Shown: piece after piece, positions 61,731-64,000 of the stretch
Position numbering within the stretch: the first letter of the stretch is position 1
How the letters are laid out: each line of letters begins with the position of its first letter
Assembly: GCF_009914755.1 (NCBI RefSeq)
Contig: NC_060933.1
Reading direction: 5' to 3' (one strand)
DNA from: the human T2T-CHM13v2.0 reference genome, Homo sapiens
DNA: 64,000 nucleotides
The notes under the pieces: generated by a model
What the model saw: the letters and a program-made list of their open reading frames with translations, nothing else
The model's database searches: none
Told to the model about the DNA's origin: nothing
Program-made: the position numbers and the translations under genes

Positions 61731-64000
61731 AAGTGTGGCTTTTCTAGTTGGCACATTGCCATCCTAAACAAATGCAAGGTTTTGATAGTAAGGAAGTAGA
61801 GGAGAGTGGATGTTGGCTAGGCACACTTTGCCAGGACTTTTTACAATAGTCATGGGCCAGGAGTTTCCAGGCAAAAATTAATGAAGATAGGGATCACACT
61901 GGCTTACAGTAACACTGGAGAAGCTTATTATCCTTGTGAAGACACAGAGACAGGCAATGCCACATCTCAAACATATCCAAGATTTACATGGGCCACTGAG
62001 TTCCTTTCTCCCATTGCAACATTTCACAAACTTTCCCCCATTTTGGTGTCCTCCCAAGTACTGTCCCTCATTTTGGCACCTCTCCTAGTACTGTCAGAGG
62101 TGCAACGACATGATGGGCATGGGAAGGTTACCAGGAGAGGTGGAAGAGTCATCAATGTCATCCCCATTTGGAGTTGCTTGTCCTTACGTCTTCTCGGGAG
62201 ATGCTAGCCTGTGTCAGTCCTAGCACATGCCCATCAGCCCTGAAGGACTCTGGCTCTGTCACATGTCCTGGTCCCAGGGCCCAGCATCAATCTCTTTCAT
62301 TTGTAGCATCAGTGCTTCAAATCACTATCAAATATATTCAGGTCCTGACATCAATTAAGGGACAGGAAGGTGCAAAGCAATCTAAGACAAGAAGTGAGAG
62401 CTGGTGTTGAAAGAAGGAGGCTAGGGCGTTGCTAACTTCAGGATCACAAGGACTGTTCCACTGCCTAATCCTAAAGAGCAAAGAAAGCAAGAGACTTTTA
62501 CTAGATCAAACTTGCAGTTCCTGAAGCAGGGAGTCCAGAATGGTTTCCAAAGTCTGCATCATTATTGTCTTCTTCAGCTTCTCACTCACCACCTACACAC
62601 TGGCAATTCCAGATCCCTCTCCAGCATGGGTCTCTCTCTACCCGACTGCCTGCTGACCATCTCCTCTGCTTGCACCACAGAGCCTGCAAACACAACACCT
62701 TCTAATCTGGACTCGTCATCTTGTCCTCCCCTAACCTACTATTCTTTCTCTCGTGCTGCCCACAAAGCTGAAAAAATCTGGTCTATCTCACTGGCATCTA
62801 TTTCTTTCCCTTTGTCCTAGCAAGAGCCTGAGTATTTCTTTGGGGTCCACTCCTTTGCCTCTTAGTCCCTACAGTTTCTATGGCTCCACCAAAGCTTAAG
62901 GGGTGGAGCTCATGGATTAGGTCTAAGTCAATTAGCAAAGCCATAGTGATTGGCTGGAGGTGAGCATGTGACCAAAGCTGGTCCAATCAGGGCAAATCTC
63001 AGACTATTCATGGGAATGCTTGGACACAAGCTCTTGTGTGTTTTTGTTGAATTTAAACCTGGAGGGATGTAGTTCAGAGAGGTGCTGGCAGCCATCTTGA
63101 AAAGATATGGGACGAGCTGTCAAGAATGGAGTCAGCACAAAGTACTTGAGTCGGGAGATGGGGGGAGGAAATGCTGATCATATGACCCTCATACTGTTCA
63201 GTTATATGAACACTGCACTCCTCTTCCCTTTTTTTAAAGGTCAGTTTGACTAGTTTTTCAGACATTTTCAACCGAAAGTGTTCTGCTACACCCTTCTCAC
63301 TGTAGGACTACACCACTGATTCAGCCAGTTAAGCCAGAAACCTGGGACCCACCTGTCGACTCACTCCCCACGTCTAAGGAATACCAAAAAGCTCTCAATC
63401 CTTTAGGCAGTCCCCTCCCTGCCATCCCCACTGCTATTGCCTCTGTTCGGGCCTGTGTCCTCTTTTGCCTGAGCCATGGCCAGTGACCATCAAGTGGCCT
63501 CCTCTTCAAACTTGCCGTTTCAATCTCTCCTCCTCCCCATCCAGCAGCGTAGCCTTTCTAAGAGCAAACCTAACCATGGTACAGTGCCTTATCACCTCCC
63601 AAGCTCCGCTGGCAGGTCCTCCTTGACCTGGCCCCTGACTGAGGCTGTGGTCTCACCTCCTGCCACCTCTCACCCCCTGGAAGAAGATGCCTGTTCCGCC
63701 TGCACATCCCTGAATGGACGAGGCTGTCTCACACCTCCACTGGAAGACATGATCTTCCTACCTTTTCTTCCAAGAACATTCTTCCTCAACCTCTGATGTC
63801 CAGTGCAATCAACTCTGTGTAGCCTTCTCTGACCACCCTGCTGTAGTTGTTTATTCCTGCCTTCCTCAACACTGTTCCTTGTCTTACCTTTATCATAGCA
63901 GTTGATCCGGTTTGTGAGGGAGGGCTTCTAGAAGGCGGGTGTGATGTGTCTGGTCATTACTGTAGCATTTGCCACAAGGCCTGGCCCAGGGGTGGTCATC

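Overview
Human (primate) genomic DNA containing most of GALNT12 (polypeptide N-acetylgalactosaminyltransferase 12) on the + strand. The window opens in intron 1; exon 1, with the start codon and transmembrane anchor, lies upstream and is not included. Coding exons 2-10 run from 14955 to 40791, all with GT-AG boundaries and a continuous frame (GT-A domain with DCH and WGGENLE motifs, then a ricin-B lectin domain, ending ...KERML*). A ~1 kb 3'UTR ends near 41780, followed by ~22 kb of repeat-rich intergenic DNA. Almost all other ORFs in the track are Alu/L1/LTR or chance read-throughs. I see no new protein-coding system. The best non-obvious signals are: (1) an unexplained ~400 bp element present twice, 27 kb apart (intron 2 and just 3' of the gene), with a 47 bp identical, TF-motif-rich core; (2) a MER41B-type solo LTR with both STAT/GAS motifs intact directly beside the second copy, within a cluster of three solo LTRs after the poly(A) site; (3) a strong CTCF motif just before the last exon; (4) two locally templated insertions (a 78 bp direct copy, and a 24 bp inverted copy inside an Alu); (5) a candidate poison exon in intron 5; and (6) closely spaced inverted Alus and an exon 2-4 block that would give a stop-free circular ORF. 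Repeat family names were recognised from memory of consensus sequences and need RepeatMasker confirmation.
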